From contig NZ_CP104094.1 of NCBI RefSeq assembly GCF_033372575.1, positions 116,408 through 148,407 of the forward strand: DNA of 32,000 nt. Reading direction: 5' to 3'. Position 1 is the stretch's first letter. Every line of letters begins with the position of its first letter. The stretch comes from Candidatus Saccharimonadota bacterium (GTDB lineage Bacteria > Bacteroidota > Bacteroidia > Flavobacteriales > Blattabacteriaceae). A model generated the notes under the pieces. That model saw only the letters and a program-made list of their open reading frames with translations. It was not told where the DNA came from and searched no databases. The position numbers were made by a program, and so were the translations under genes. Positions 17,380 through 28,075 of the stretch are shown in pieces.

Positions 17380-18828
17380 TTAAATATTTTTTTTAAAAAA
17401 TAATGAAATATCAAACTTTTTTTTAAAATATTTTATTAAATTTTTTATTTTACATCTTATTTGTTTCATATTATCTCTAAATCTTATTGAAACTGTTTTA
17501 TTATTTAATGTAAGAAAATCAATAGTTATACAATATGGAGTACCAAATGAATCTTGAATTTTATATCTTTTTCCAATTGATTTATTTTCATCATAAATAG
17601 TAGTAAATTTATATTTTAAACTATTAAAAATATTTTTTGAAATTTTAATAATTTTATTGTTTTTTATAATTGGAAATATAGCTATTTTAATAGGAGAAAT
17701 AAATTTAGGTAATTTTAAATATATTCTTTTTTTATTATTAATATTTTCTATTTTTAATGAATTAGTTAATATTGAATAAAATAATCTATCTAATCCTAAA
17801 GAGGTTTCTATAACATATGGTATATAATTTTTTTTTGCTTTATTATCATAAAAATATAATTTTTTTTTAGATAAATTATTATGATTTTTTAAATCATAAT
17901 TTTTTCTAAAATGAATACCTTCTAATTCTTTAAATTTATTTAATATTTTAAATTCTATATCAATAGCAAATTTACAATAATGCGATAATTTGTTATGAAT
18001 TTTTAATTTATATTTTTTTTTTTTATTAATTAAATAATAAAACCATTTTAATCTAGATTTTATCCAATATTTATACCATTTTTTTTCTTGACCAGGATAA
18101 AAAAAATATTGCATTTCCATTTGTTCAAATTCTCTAGTTCTAAAAATAAATTGTTTAGATATTATTTCATTTCTAAAAGATTTTCCAATTTGTGCTATTC
18201 CAAAAGGAAATTTCAATCTATTAGATAATTTTACATTTTTAATATTTACAAAAATTCCTTGAGCTGTTTCAGGTCTTAAATAAGTATATTTTTCTTGATC
18301 ATTATCAAATGAATTTAATTTTGTTTTAAACATTAAATTAATATTATTTATATTTTCCCATTTAAATAATTTAGATAAATTATATTTTTTTATTATTTTT
18401 TTTAAAAACAAATTTAATTTATTTATATTTTTATTTATTAAATAATAATTAAATATTAATTTAATTTTATTTTTATTTTTAATTTTTATTAATTTATTAT
18501 CAATTATATTATTAATTAATTGATCAATTATATAGATTTTATTATCAATATTATTTATAATAAATAATTCATTAAAGTTTTTAATATGTCCAGAAGCTTT
18601 CCATACTTTATTATTCATTAATATAGATGAGTCTATTCCAACTATATTATTTCTATATTTTACCATATAATTCCACCAAAATTTTTTAATATTATTTTTC
18701 ATTTCTATTCCTTGTGGTCCATAATCATATATTGATTTTATACCATTATAAATTTCACTTGATTTAAATATAAAACCATATATTTTAGCATGATTAATTA
18801 TTAATTTAAGTTTCTTATTGTAATTCAT
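17380..18828 (-). CDS. glyQS: Glycyl-tRNA synthetase (single-chain, glyQS type)
   Basis: The track ORF runs to 18873 but its first 15 codons are tRNA-Phe sequence. The Met at 18828 ('MNYNKKLKLIINHAKIYGFIFKSSEIYNG..YDYGPQG') gives the canonical GlyRS N-terminus. 'LRPETAQGIF' and 'FRNEI' are present. Confidence 0.85.
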   Translation of the reverse strand: MNYNKKLKLIINHAKIYGFIFKSSEIYNGIKSIYDYGPQGIEMKNNIKKFWWNYMVKYRNNIVGIDSSILMNNKVWKASGHIKNFNELFIINNIDNKIYIIDQLINNIIDNKLIKIKNKNKIKLIFNYYLINKNINKLNLFLKKIIKKYNLSKLFKWENINNINLMFKTKLNSFDNDQEKYTYLRPETAQGIFVNIKNVKLSNRLKFPFGIAQIGKSFRNEIISKQFIFRTREFEQMEMQYFFYPGQEKKWYKYWIKSRLKWFYYLINKKKKYKLKIHNKLSHYCKFAIDIEFKILNKFKELEGIHFRKNYDLKNHNNLSKKKLYFYDNKAKKNYIPYVIETSLGLDRLFYSILTNSLKIENINNKKRIYLKLPKFISPIKIAIFPIIKNNKIIKISKNIFNSLKYKFTTIYDENKSIGKRYKIQDSFGTPYCITIDFLTLNNKTVSIRFRDNMKQIRCKIKNLIKYFKKKFDISLFFKKNI

Positions 18829-18841
18829 AAATTCATAAAAA

Positions 18842-19654
<813 letters not shown>

Positions 19655-19681
19655 TAATATATATAATTATTATACTAATTA

Positions 19682-20371
19682 TTATTTTTTATTTTTTATT
19701 TTAATTATTGAATTTAATAATATTTTAAATATCAATTTTATTGCTTTTGAGGAATCATCATTTGATGGTATAGGTAAATTAACATTTTCAGGGGAAGAAT
19801 CACTATCAACAATTCCAATTATATATAATGATTTTTTATTTGCTTCTTTAACTGCTATATTTTCTTTTTTTACATCTACAATAATTACTAATAAAGGAAT
19901 TTGATTCATATTATATATAGAACCAAATTTTTTATCTATTATTTTATATTTTCTTTGTATATATTTAATTTCTTTTTTTGATAAATATTTATATTTTTTT
20001 TTTATTTTATTATCTATTTTATTAATTTTTTTTATAGATAATTTAGTAATATTAATATTAGTTAATAAACCTGCTGGCCATTTGTAGTTTATATAAGGCA
20101 TATTAATTTTAAGTGCATATTTTTTAATTACCTCTTTAATTATTTTTTTAGTTCCTACAAATAATATACTACCCCCAATGTTTATACATTTTTTTAAAAT
20201 TTGTTTAGCAATTTTTATATTTTTAATAAACTTAATCGGATTAAAAACGTCTATATTATTTTTTTTTAATAATATATATTTAGACATTTTAGGATGTCTA
20301 TAAGTAGATTTATGACCTAATAATATATTATATTTAAATATTTTATTTAATAATTTTTTATTTTTAATCAT
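19682..20371 (-). CDS. rpsB: 30S ribosomal protein S2
   Basis: The track ORF extends to 20431, overlapping rpsI by 47 nt. The internal Met at 20371 ('MIKNKKLLNKIFKYNILLGHKSTYRHPKMSKYI') aligns with the S2 N-terminus (GxHFGHxxxxWNPKM) and removes the overlap. Confidence 0.85.
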   Translation of the reverse strand: MIKNKKLLNKIFKYNILLGHKSTYRHPKMSKYILLKKNNIDVFNPIKFIKNIKIAKQILKKCINIGGSILFVGTKKIIKEVIKKYALKINMPYINYKWPAGLLTNINITKLSIKKINKIDNKIKKKYKYLSKKEIKYIQRKYKIIDKKFGSIYNMNQIPLLVIIVDVKKENIAVKEANKKSLYIIGIVDSDSSPENVNLPIPSNDDSSKAIKLIFKILLNSIIKIKNKK

Positions 20372-20384
20372 TATTAATTTTATT

Positions 20385-20789
20385 TTAACGTTTAGAAAAT
20401 TGAAATTTTTTTCTAGCTTTTTTTCTTCCATATTTTTTTCTTTCTACTATTCTTGAATCTCTAGTAAAAAGATTATTTTGTTTTAAAAGTTTTTTATATT
20501 TATTATTTATTTTACAAATAACTCTAGAAATTGCTAAAATAATTGCTTCAGATTGTCCAGTAAATCCTCCTCCTTTAACATTTATTTTAATATTATTAAA
20601 TTTATTAATTAGCTTAGTTAATAATAAAGGATATAATATTTTATATTTTATATAATTATTATTTTTAAAATAAATATTTATATCTTTATTATTAATAATA
20701 AATTTATTAATTTTATTTTTTTTTACATTTACATATATTAAAGCTACTGATGTTTTTCTTTTTCCTATAGCATGATAATATTTAATCAT
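20385..20789 (-). CDS. rpsI: 30S ribosomal protein S9
   Basis: 134 aa. 'GKRKTSVA', 'GGGFTGQSEAI' and a C-terminal '...RKKFQFSKR' are canonical S9. Confidence 0.95.
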   Translation of the reverse strand: MIKYYHAIGKRKTSVALIYVNVKKNKINKFIINNKDINIYFKNNNYIKYKILYPLLLTKLINKFNNIKINVKGGGFTGQSEAIILAISRVICKINNKYKKLLKQNNLFTRDSRIVERKKYGRKKARKKFQFSKR

Positions 20790-21229
20790 TATTTTAAAAT
20801 TTTTATTTTTTTAATTTTTATATTAAAATTATGATTACTATTATTAAATATAAATATATTTTTTTTAACATATTTACCTAATAAATTTTTAGGTAACATT
20901 CTATATATAGATTTTTTTATTAAAATACTAGGATTTTTTTTAAATAAATTATACATTGTATATTGTTTTTTATTTCCTATATAGCCAGTATATTTATAAT
21001 ATATTTTATTTTTAAATTTATTATAATCAACTTTTATTTTTTTAGCATTTATAATAATTATTTTATTTGTAAAACTATTATTAGGTGTATATTTAGGCGA
21101 ATTTTTTCCCATTATTAATTTAATAATTTGTGAACATAATCTACCTAATATTTTATTATTAGCATCTATTAAAAATATTTTTTTTTTATTATTAAAATAA
21201 TATTTAGTTTTTAAAGTTAAATACTTCAT
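20789..21229 (-). CDS. rplM: 50S ribosomal protein L13
   Basis: 146 aa. 'IFLIDANNKILGRLCSQIIKLIMGKNSPKYTPN' matches L13. There is a 1-nt TAATG overlap with rpsI. Confidence 0.9.
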   Translation of the reverse strand: MKYLTLKTKYYFNNKKKIFLIDANNKILGRLCSQIIKLIMGKNSPKYTPNNSFTNKIIIINAKKIKVDYNKFKNKIYYKYTGYIGNKKQYTMYNLFKKNPSILIKKSIYRMLPKNLLGKYVKKNIFIFNNSNHNFNIKIKKIKILK

Positions 21230-21277
21230 AATTTTTTTTTATTTTATTAAATTATTATTAATAATAAAAATATAATT

Positions 21278-23263
21278 ATGAATAATAAAATAATAGGTAT
21301 TGATTTAGGTACTACTAATTCATGTTTAGCAGTAATGGAAGGTAATAATCCAGTAGTAATACCTAATTCTGAGGGTAAAAGAACAACTCCATCAATAGTA
21401 GCTTTTACTGAAAATAATACAAAAAAAATAGGTGATCCAGCAAAAAGACAATCAGTAACTAATCCTAAAAATACTATTTATTCAATAAAAAGATTTATAG
21501 GAAGAAAATATGATGAAATTAAAAATGAAATAAAAAATTTCCCATATATAATTAAAAAAGGTAAATATAACACACCTTGCGTAGAAATAGATAATAAATT
21601 ATATACGCCTCAAGAAATATCATCTATGATATTACAACAATTAAAAAAAAATGCTGAGGATTATTTAGGAATAAAAATTAATAAAGCAGTAATTACAGTA
21701 CCTGCTTATTTTAATGATGCACAAAGACAAGCTACAAAAGAAGCTGGTGAAATAGCAGGTTTAAAGGTTGAAAGAATTATTAATGAACCTACAGCAGCTT
21801 CATTAGCATATGGAATCGATAAAAATAATATAAATAAAAAAATAGCAGTATATGATTTAGGTGGTGGTACATTTGATATTTCAATTTTAGAATTAGGAGA
21901 TGGAGTATTTGAAGTATTATCAACTAATGGAGATACATATTTAGGAGGTGATGATTTTGATCAAATATTAATAGATTGGTTAGTAGATGATTATTATAAA
22001 AAAGAAAAAATAAATTTAAAAGAAGATTCAATAGCTTATCAAAGATTAAAAGAAGCGGCAGAAAAAGCAAAAATAGAATTATCATCAAGTTTACAAACTG
22101 AAATTAATTTACCATATATTACTTCTATAAATAAAGAACCTAAACATTTAGTAAAAAATATAACAAGATCTAAATTTGAAAAATTATCATATAATTTAAT
22201 AGAAAAAACATTATTACCTTGTAAAAAAGCATTAAAAGATGCAAAATTAAATATTAATGATATAGATGAAATTATATTAGTTGGGGGATCAACAAGAATA
22301 CCTAAAATACAAGAAAAAGTAGAAGAATTCTTTAATAAAAAACCTTCAAAAGGTGTTAATCCAGATGAAGTAGTAGCTATAGGAGCAGCAATACAAGGCG
22401 GAGTATTAACAGGGGATGTAAAAGATGTTTTATTATTAGATGTTACACCGTTATCATTAGGTATAGAAACATTAGGTGGAGTATTCACTAAATTAATAGA
22501 AGCTAATACTACTATACCAACTAAAAAATCTGAAATATTTTCAACAGCAACTGATAATCAATCAGTAGTTACAATAAAAGTAGGTCAAGGGGAAAGACCA
22601 ATGTTTAAAGATAATAAAGAAATAGGAAGATTTGATTTAATTAATATTCCATTAGCTCCTAGAGGAGTTCCTCAAATAGAAGTTACTTTTGATATAGATG
22701 CTAATGGTATTTTAAATGTATCAGCAACTGACAAAGGAACAGGAAAACAACAATCAATTAAAATTCAACCATCTTCAGGTTTAAACAAAGAAGATATTGA
22801 AAAAATGAAAAAAGAAGCAGAAATAAATTTTGATAAAGATCTTAAAGTAAAAGAAGAAATAGAAAAATTAAATATGACTGATTCTTTAATATTTCAAATA
22901 GAAAAAGAATTAGAAAATAATAAGAAAAAAATATCTAAAGAAAACGTTAAAAAAATTAATGATATTTTAAATAAATTAAAATCTGCTCATGTATCAAAAG
23001 ACTTTAAAGATATTGAAAAATATACTAATAAATTAAATAAAAAATGGAGTAAAATATCAAGAGATATATATAATACAACACAAGATAATACTACTGAAGA
23101 TAAAACTACTGAAGATAATACTACTGAAGATAAAACTACTGAAGATAATACTACTGAAGATAAAACTACTGAAGATAATACTACTGAAGATAAAACTACT
23201 GAAGATAATACTACTGAAGATAATACTACTGAAGATAAAACTACTGAAGATAAAACTACTTAA
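21278..23263 (+). CDS. dnaK: Molecular chaperone DnaK (Hsp70) with a repeat-expanded C-terminal tail
   Basis: 661 aa. '[17 protein letters not shown]', '[12 protein letters not shown]' and '[14 protein letters not shown]'. This is by far the best conserved and least A+T-biased gene in the window. Confidence 0.97.
   Translation: MNNKIIGIDLGTTNSCLAVMEGNNPVVIPNSEGKRTTPSIVAFTENNTKKIGDPAKRQSVTNPKNTIYSIKRFIGRKYDEIKNEIKNFPYIIKKGKYNTPCVEIDNKLYTPQEISSMILQQLKKNAEDYLGIKINKAVITVPAYFNDAQRQATKEAGEIAGLKVERIINEPTAASLAYGIDKNNINKKIAVYDLGGGTFDISILELGDGVFEVLSTNGDTYLGGDDFDQILIDWLVDDYYKKEKINLKEDSIAYQRLKEAAEKAKIELSSSLQTEINLPYITSINKEPKHLVKNITRSKFEKLSYNLIEKTLLPCKKALKDAKLNINDIDEIILVGGSTRIPKIQEKVEEFFNKKPSKGVNPDEVVAIGAAIQGGVLTGDVKDVLLLDVTPLSLGIETLGGVFTKLIEANTTIPTKKSEIFSTATDNQSVVTIKVGQGERPMFKDNKEIGRFDLINIPLAPRGVPQIEVTFDIDANGILNVSATDKGTGKQQSIKIQPSSGLNKEDIEKMKKEAEINFDKDLKVKEEIEKLNMTDSLIFQIEKELENNKKKISKENVKKINDILNKLKSAHVSKDFKDIEKYTNKLNKKWSKISRDIYNTTQDNTTEDKTTEDNTTEDKTTEDNTTEDKTTEDNTTEDKTTEDNTTEDNTTEDKTTEDKTT
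23084..23260 (+). repeat. 15-bp in-frame tandem repeat (gat aaW act act gaa), about 11.8 copies, encoding (D[N/K]TTE)n at the DnaK C-terminus
   Basis: Read directly. Units differ only at the aat/aaa codon, and units 1-8 alternate N/K, giving a 30-bp higher-order period. The repeat runs straight into the TAA stop. Confidence 0.95.
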
Positions 23264-23288
23264 AATAGTCAATAAAATATAAAATTTA

Positions 23289-23320
23289 TTTAAAAGCATA
23301 ATTATTATTATGCTTTTAAA
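23289..23320. terminator. Candidate bidirectional intrinsic terminator hairpin between convergent dnaK and tRNA-Arg
   Basis: Perfect inverted repeat tttaaaagcataat / attatgcttttaaa (14 bp, 4-nt loop tatt), flanked by T-rich sequence on the + strand. AT-rich hairpins are easy to find by chance in this genome. Confidence 0.45.
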
Positions 23321-23340
23321 TAATTTTATTTTAAATAATA

Positions 23341-23414
23341 TAACCCCGAAAGGATTTGAACCTTTAATCTTCTGATTCGTAATCAGATATTTTATCCAAT
23401 TAAACTACGGGGTT
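23341..23414 (-). tRNA. tRNA-Arg (anticodon ACG)
   Basis: 74-nt cloverleaf on the reverse strand. Acceptor aaccccg/cggggtt, anticodon stem tctga/tcaga with loop ttACGaa, T arm aaagg-ttcaaat-ccttt. No CCA. Confidence 0.85.
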
Positions 23415-23471
23415 AATAAATAATATTTTATTTAATATTTAATTTAATATTAAATAAAAAAAATAAATAAA

Positions 23472-24578
23472 TTATAATTTTTTTGAAATTATAGGAATAA
23501 TATAATTTTTCCATTGTAAAAAGGTATCATTTTTTATATGATGTCTTGCTTTTTTAATTAAAGATTTATAAAAATATAAATTATTAATAGAAGCAATTAA
23601 TTTAGCAGAATATTCATTACATTTAAATAAATGTCTTAAATATGCTTTACTATATAAATTATTATATATAGTTGAAAAATCATATTTCCATTTTTTGTTT
23701 TTTATATTTATTATTCCATTCCAAGTAAATAACATTCCATTTCTACCATTTCTAGTAGGGATTACACAATCAAACATATCCACTCCTAAAGAAATAGAAT
23801 TTAATATATCCCAAGGCATTCCAACACCCATTAAATATATTGGTTTATTATTAGGTAATTCATTTATTACATATTTAATAATTTTATACATTTTTTGTTT
23901 AGTTTCACCAACTTGTAAACCTCCTATAGCATATCCATCTAATTTTAATTCAGATGTTTTAATAGTATATTTAATTCTTATATCTTTATATAATCCTCCT
24001 TGTATTATACCAAATATATATTGATTATGATTATAAATATTTTTTATTTTATTAAAATAATATAAACATTTTATTAACCAATTATAAGATCTTTCAGTAG
24101 CAATTTTAACATAATTTTTACTTGTATTATATATTATACATTCATCAAATGATGTTATTATATCAGACCCTATATATTTTTGTATATTAATTGATTTTTT
24201 AGGAGTAAAAAAATAATTTTTACCATTTTTATAACTTTTTATATTAGCTCCATATTTATTAATTTTTTTAGGATTACATAATGAATATACTTGAAAACCT
24301 CCACTATCAGTAATAATAGGATTATTCCATTTCATAAAGGAATGTAAACCTCCAGATTTATAAATTATTTTAATACCAGGTTCTATATTTAAATGAAAAG
24401 TATTACTTAATATTATTTCAGGATTTATAATGTCTAAATATTCTTTATTTATAGTTTTTATATATCCTTTTGTTGCAATTGGCATAAAAATAGGCGTTTT
24501 TACTTTTCCATGATCAGTTAAAAAATATCCTACTTTTGCTTTTGATTTTTTATCTTTATGTAATATTTTAAAATACAT
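23472..24578 (-). CDS. tgt: Queuine tRNA-ribosyltransferase (tRNA-guanine transglycosylase)
   Basis: The track ORF begins at a TTG at 24611. The Met at 24578 ('MYFKILHKDKKSKAKVGYFLTDHGKVKTPIFMPIATKG') matches the Tgt N-terminus. 'ITDSGGFQV', 'SFDEC', 'GIIQGG', 'LMGVGMPWD' and 'MFDCVIPTRNGRNG' are present. Confidence 0.88.
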   Translation of the reverse strand: MYFKILHKDKKSKAKVGYFLTDHGKVKTPIFMPIATKGYIKTINKEYLDIINPEIILSNTFHLNIEPGIKIIYKSGGLHSFMKWNNPIITDSGGFQVYSLCNPKKINKYGANIKSYKNGKNYFFTPKKSINIQKYIGSDIITSFDECIIYNTSKNYVKIATERSYNWLIKCLYYFNKIKNIYNHNQYIFGIIQGGLYKDIRIKYTIKTSELKLDGYAIGGLQVGETKQKMYKIIKYVINELPNNKPIYLMGVGMPWDILNSISLGVDMFDCVIPTRNGRNGMLFTWNGIINIKNKKWKYDFSTIYNNLYSKAYLRHLFKCNEYSAKLIASINNLYFYKSLIKKARHHIKNDTFLQWKNYIIPIISKKL

Positions 24579-24692
24579 AATTATTAATTTTAAACATAAA
24601 TTTACTAACAAAATTAAATATTATTTTAAAACATTGCAATATATTTTATATTTTATTAATTCATAAAAAATATAATTTTTTAATGAGTAAAG

Positions 24693-26909
24693 TTATTTTT
24701 TTATTTCAGCATTTAATTTGTTTTTAAATAAATTTATTAATACTAATAATATATTGTTAATATATTTTTTTTTTTTCCCATATTTATTTTTTATAATAAA
24801 ACGAAGAGTATAAGATTTTTTATTTTTTGGTAGATTATTTTTATATATATCAAATAAATATATATTAATTAATTTATTTTTTAATTTCTTTTTAGCTAAT
24901 AAATAAAAATTATTAAAATATATATTTTTATCAATAATAAATGATAAATCTTTTACAAAATATTGAAACTTATTAATTTTTTTATATTTTATATTTTTAT
25001 TATTTATAATTTTAAATAAATTATTAATATTAATTATTGCTAAATATATATTTTTATTAATATAAAAATTATTTAATTTACCAAATTTTATAATTGGTAT
25101 ATTTTTGTATTTAAAAATTATTTTAGTTTCAAATATTTTACTATTATATATAATTAATTTATTATATTTTTTAATTCCTACTTTTTCTATAATTAAATTT
25201 AAAATATTATATAAATAATGTAAATTATTAAAATAATTATTATTTTTATTAGTTAATAATATTTCTATATTTTTTTTTTCTATTATTTTATTATTTTTTT
25301 TTATATAAATATTACCTATTTCAAAAATTTTTATAGTATTAATTTTTCTATTAATATTATAAATTATATTATTCATCATATTTATAAATAAATTATTCCT
25401 TAAATAGGTTAATTTATTAATAATTTTATCTTTAAACGAAATATAATTATTATTAATAAAATTTAAATAATAATTATTTTTTACAAATGGTGAATTAATA
25501 ACTTGAAAAAAACCATAATCTATTAATAAATTTATTATTTTATTTTCAATATTTTCAATATTTAAATAATTATTATTTATATAATTATTGTTCTTAATTA
25601 AAATATTATATTTATTATTTTTAAATTTTATATTATTAATTCCATAAAATCTTATTATATCGTTTATTATATTAATTTTTTTATTAATATTATATTTAAA
25701 TAAATTTTTATTTATTAATATAATATATTTTTTATTATAATATTTAATTTTATAATTTAAAACTAACAAAATTTTTAATATTTTTTTTATTGAAATTTTT
25801 TTACCTATTAATTTATTTACCTCACTAAATTTCAGTTTTATAAGATTATTATGAATTTTATAATTTTTATAATAATAAACATATTTTATATTATTTATAT
25901 TATTTATATTTAAATATTTATTTAGAAAATATATATATATATTATATTTAGGTAATATAATAATATTATTATATAATTTAGTAATATTATTATTAATATT
26001 ATATTTATTTATTATATATCTTATTTTATTTTTTTTATATAATGAAAATGAAATCAATAAATTTTTAGTTTTATTATTAATTTTATTTTTATTACTATTT
26101 ATAATGTTTGATAAATAAATAGGATAATTATTATAAAATAGTATTATGTTTTTATTTTTTTTTAATAAATATTTATTTTTATTTTCCGTAATGAAATTAA
26201 TATTTTTATTATTTTCTTTTATTATTAAATTACTTTTACTATATTTAAAATTTATAATTTCTATCGGAATACCAATTTCTTTAATAATAATATTTTTAAT
26301 ATCTATAATATTATTAATAGGTTTTATATTAGACAAAACTAATTTTTTTTGAATAAAATAATTAGAATATTTAAATTTAAAATTATTTATTAAAAATGTA
26401 TTATAATATATAATATTTTTACTTTTTATTTTTAAATTTATTTTGTTTAATTTTTTAATATTAATATTTTTAATACTAATTAATTTAGTATTAATATTTT
26501 TATATTTTAAATAGGAATATAATTCTCTACTTAAATAATAATAATATGATAGATAACTAATATTATGAGTAATATTAGTATTAATAATATAATCATAATC
26601 ATATTCTTTACATACTATAAAATATTTTTTATTAATTTTTTCTACTAATATTTTAATATTCTTTTTAATATAGTGTTTATTATATATATTAAATATATCA
26701 TTATTAATAGTTTTTATTTTAATTTTATAAATATTATTAATTTTTTTAATTTTTATTATATTACCTAAAATTATATTATTATTATAATTATATTTAATAG
26801 GATAAACTTTTTTAATAGAAATAATTTCTATTCCTATTTCATTAAATAATTTACTAATATTATAATTAAAATTAATAAATTCTTTTATCCAACTTAATAA
26901 AAATATCAT
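24693..26909 (-). CDS. pheT: Phenylalanyl-tRNA synthetase beta subunit (highly diverged)
   Basis: 738 aa. The N-terminus 'MIFLLSWIKEFINFNYNISKLFNEIGIEI' resembles the PheT start (M.xSxxWLkeyv...). Size fits, and the C-terminal 'KKSYTLRFIIKN' resembles the PheT anticodon-binding (FDX-ACB) domain. The rest is low complexity. Confidence 0.7.
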   Translation of the reverse strand: MIFLLSWIKEFINFNYNISKLFNEIGIEIISIKKVYPIKYNYNNNIILGNIIKIKKINNIYKIKIKTINNDIFNIYNKHYIKKNIKILVEKINKKYFIVCKEYDYDYIINTNITHNISYLSYYYYLSRELYSYLKYKNINTKLISIKNINIKKLNKINLKIKSKNIIYYNTFLINNFKFKYSNYFIQKKLVLSNIKPINNIIDIKNIIIKEIGIPIEIINFKYSKSNLIIKENNKNINFITENKNKYLLKKNKNIILFYNNYPIYLSNIINSNKNKINNKTKNLLISFSLYKKNKIRYIINKYNINNNITKLYNNIIILPKYNIYIYFLNKYLNINNINNIKYVYYYKNYKIHNNLIKLKFSEVNKLIGKKISIKKILKILLVLNYKIKYYNKKYIILINKNLFKYNINKKINIINDIIRFYGINNIKFKNNKYNILIKNNNYINNNYLNIENIENKIINLLIDYGFFQVINSPFVKNNYYLNFINNNYISFKDKIINKLTYLRNNLFINMMNNIIYNINRKINTIKIFEIGNIYIKKNNKIIEKKNIEILLTNKNNNYFNNLHYLYNILNLIIEKVGIKKYNKLIIYNSKIFETKIIFKYKNIPIIKFGKLNNFYINKNIYLAIININNLFKIINNKNIKYKKINKFQYFVKDLSFIIDKNIYFNNFYLLAKKKLKNKLINIYLFDIYKNNLPKNKKSYTLRFIIKNKYGKKKKYINNILLVLINLFKNKLNAEIKK

Positions 26910-28030
26910 ATTATATTCATTATAATGATATATATATATTTATTTTTAAAATTTGTAATAATAATATAATTAAGGTCAATAGAAAGTTTAATAACAATTA
27001 ATTTAGTATTTATATATTTAATAAATTTAAATAATAAAAATAAATTAATTTTAAATTTAATAATATTTTTATTTATATTATTATTAATTTTAATTTTTTT
27101 ATAAAATAATAAATTATTAATATAATTTTTAAATATTAAAATTATATTATTATTACTTATATGTATATTTAATATTTTATTTAAAGAATTATAATTTATT
27201 AAATTATAAAATACTGTTAAAGAATTAAAAAATTTTTTTTTATCAATTAATAATTTAATTAATTTGTTTTTATTATATTTATTAATTTTTTTTAATAAAT
27301 TATTAATATTATTAACAGTATCTATTTTAAAATAATAAAAAAAATTATATTTTTTAATTAAAATTAGATTATTATATATCTTTAAATTAATAATTTTATT
27401 ATTAGAAATTAATAATATTATTTTATTTAAAATTTTAAAAAATTCATTATTAATTTTTAAATAATATTTCTTATTAATGTTTATTTTATTATTAATTAAT
27501 ATTTTTTTTTTTATTAAATATTGTTTGTAATCAGTCAAATAGAATATAATAATATTATTATAAATTTTAATATAATTATAATTATCTTTTTTATTAAAAT
27601 TAAAATAATTGATTAACTTTAATATTTTTTTTTTTGTTAATTTTAAACTTAATATTTTATTTTCTTTTCTAATTTTTAAAATATTAAGATTATTATTTTT
27701 ATATAGTTTAAATTTAAATAAAAAATTATAATTTTGTAAAATTAAATATTTTTCATTTAATATTAATAATAAATTATTAATATATTGTTTATTAAAAAAA
27801 AAATATAAAAAATTTATTAAATTATTAAAATTTTTAATAATAAAAAATTTTTTTTTTTTAATATATTTATTAATTTTAAAATTACAATTAAGAATGTAAT
27901 AATTATTTATAAATAAAAAAAAAATTTTTTTTTTATATAAAATAATATTAATTTTTTTTAAATTATAATTAAAAAATGATATAAAGTATTTTAATTTTTT
28001 AAAGTATTTAATATTAATAATAATATTCAT
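26906..28030 (-). CDS. dnaN: Probable DNA polymerase III beta subunit (sliding clamp), extremely diverged
   Basis: 374 aa, the typical clamp length. The start 'MNIIINIKYFKKLKYFI' and end '..IKLSIDLNYIIITN...KYIYIIIMNII*' resemble DnaN termini (MKFxIxrxxL.. / ..yllMPvrl). There is no strong internal motif. The TGA stop overlaps the pheT ATG (ATGA). Confidence 0.45.
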   Translation of the reverse strand: MNIIINIKYFKKLKYFISFFNYNLKKINIILYKKKIFFLFINNYYILNCNFKINKYIKKKKFFIIKNFNNLINFLYFFFNKQYINNLLLILNEKYLILQNYNFLFKFKLYKNNNLNILKIRKENKILSLKLTKKKILKLINYFNFNKKDNYNYIKIYNNIIIFYLTDYKQYLIKKKILINNKININKKYYLKINNEFFKILNKIILLISNNKIINLKIYNNLILIKKYNFFYYFKIDTVNNINNLLKKINKYNKNKLIKLLIDKKKFFNSLTVFYNLINYNSLNKILNIHISNNNIILIFKNYINNLLFYKKIKINNNINKNIIKFKINLFLLFKFIKYINTKLIVIKLSIDLNYIIITNFKNKYIYIIIMNII

Positions 28031-28075
28031 ATAATTATTAATTATTAATTATATTAATATTATAAATATATTTTT

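Noticed and set aside
20372-20431. Long form of rpsB starting at 20431 and overlapping rpsI by 47 nt.
   Set aside because: The extra 20 residues (MEEKKLEKNFNFLNVKIKLI) have no counterpart in S2. The Met at 20371 aligns with the conserved S2 N-terminus and leaves a 13-nt spacer.
22039-22488. 149-aa ORF antisense to dnaK. Similar antisense ORFs occur at 6138..6356, 10394..10654, 13928..14179, 14921..15142, 19572..19904, 23057..23299, 23695..24024 and 26146..26352.
   Set aside because: All lie entirely inside, and opposite to, well-supported conserved genes (thrS, mutS, dnaE, tsf/rpsB, dnaK, tgt, pheT). Their translations are low-complexity Phe/Ile/Leu/Ser strings typical of shadow frames in A+T-rich DNA. 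23057..23299 is simply the reverse reading of the dnaK repeat.
23084-23260. Possible CRISPR-like or regulatory direct-repeat array.
   Set aside because: Units are only 15 bp, contiguous with no spacers, and in frame with dnaK up to its stop codon. It is a coding microsatellite-type repeat, not a CRISPR array.
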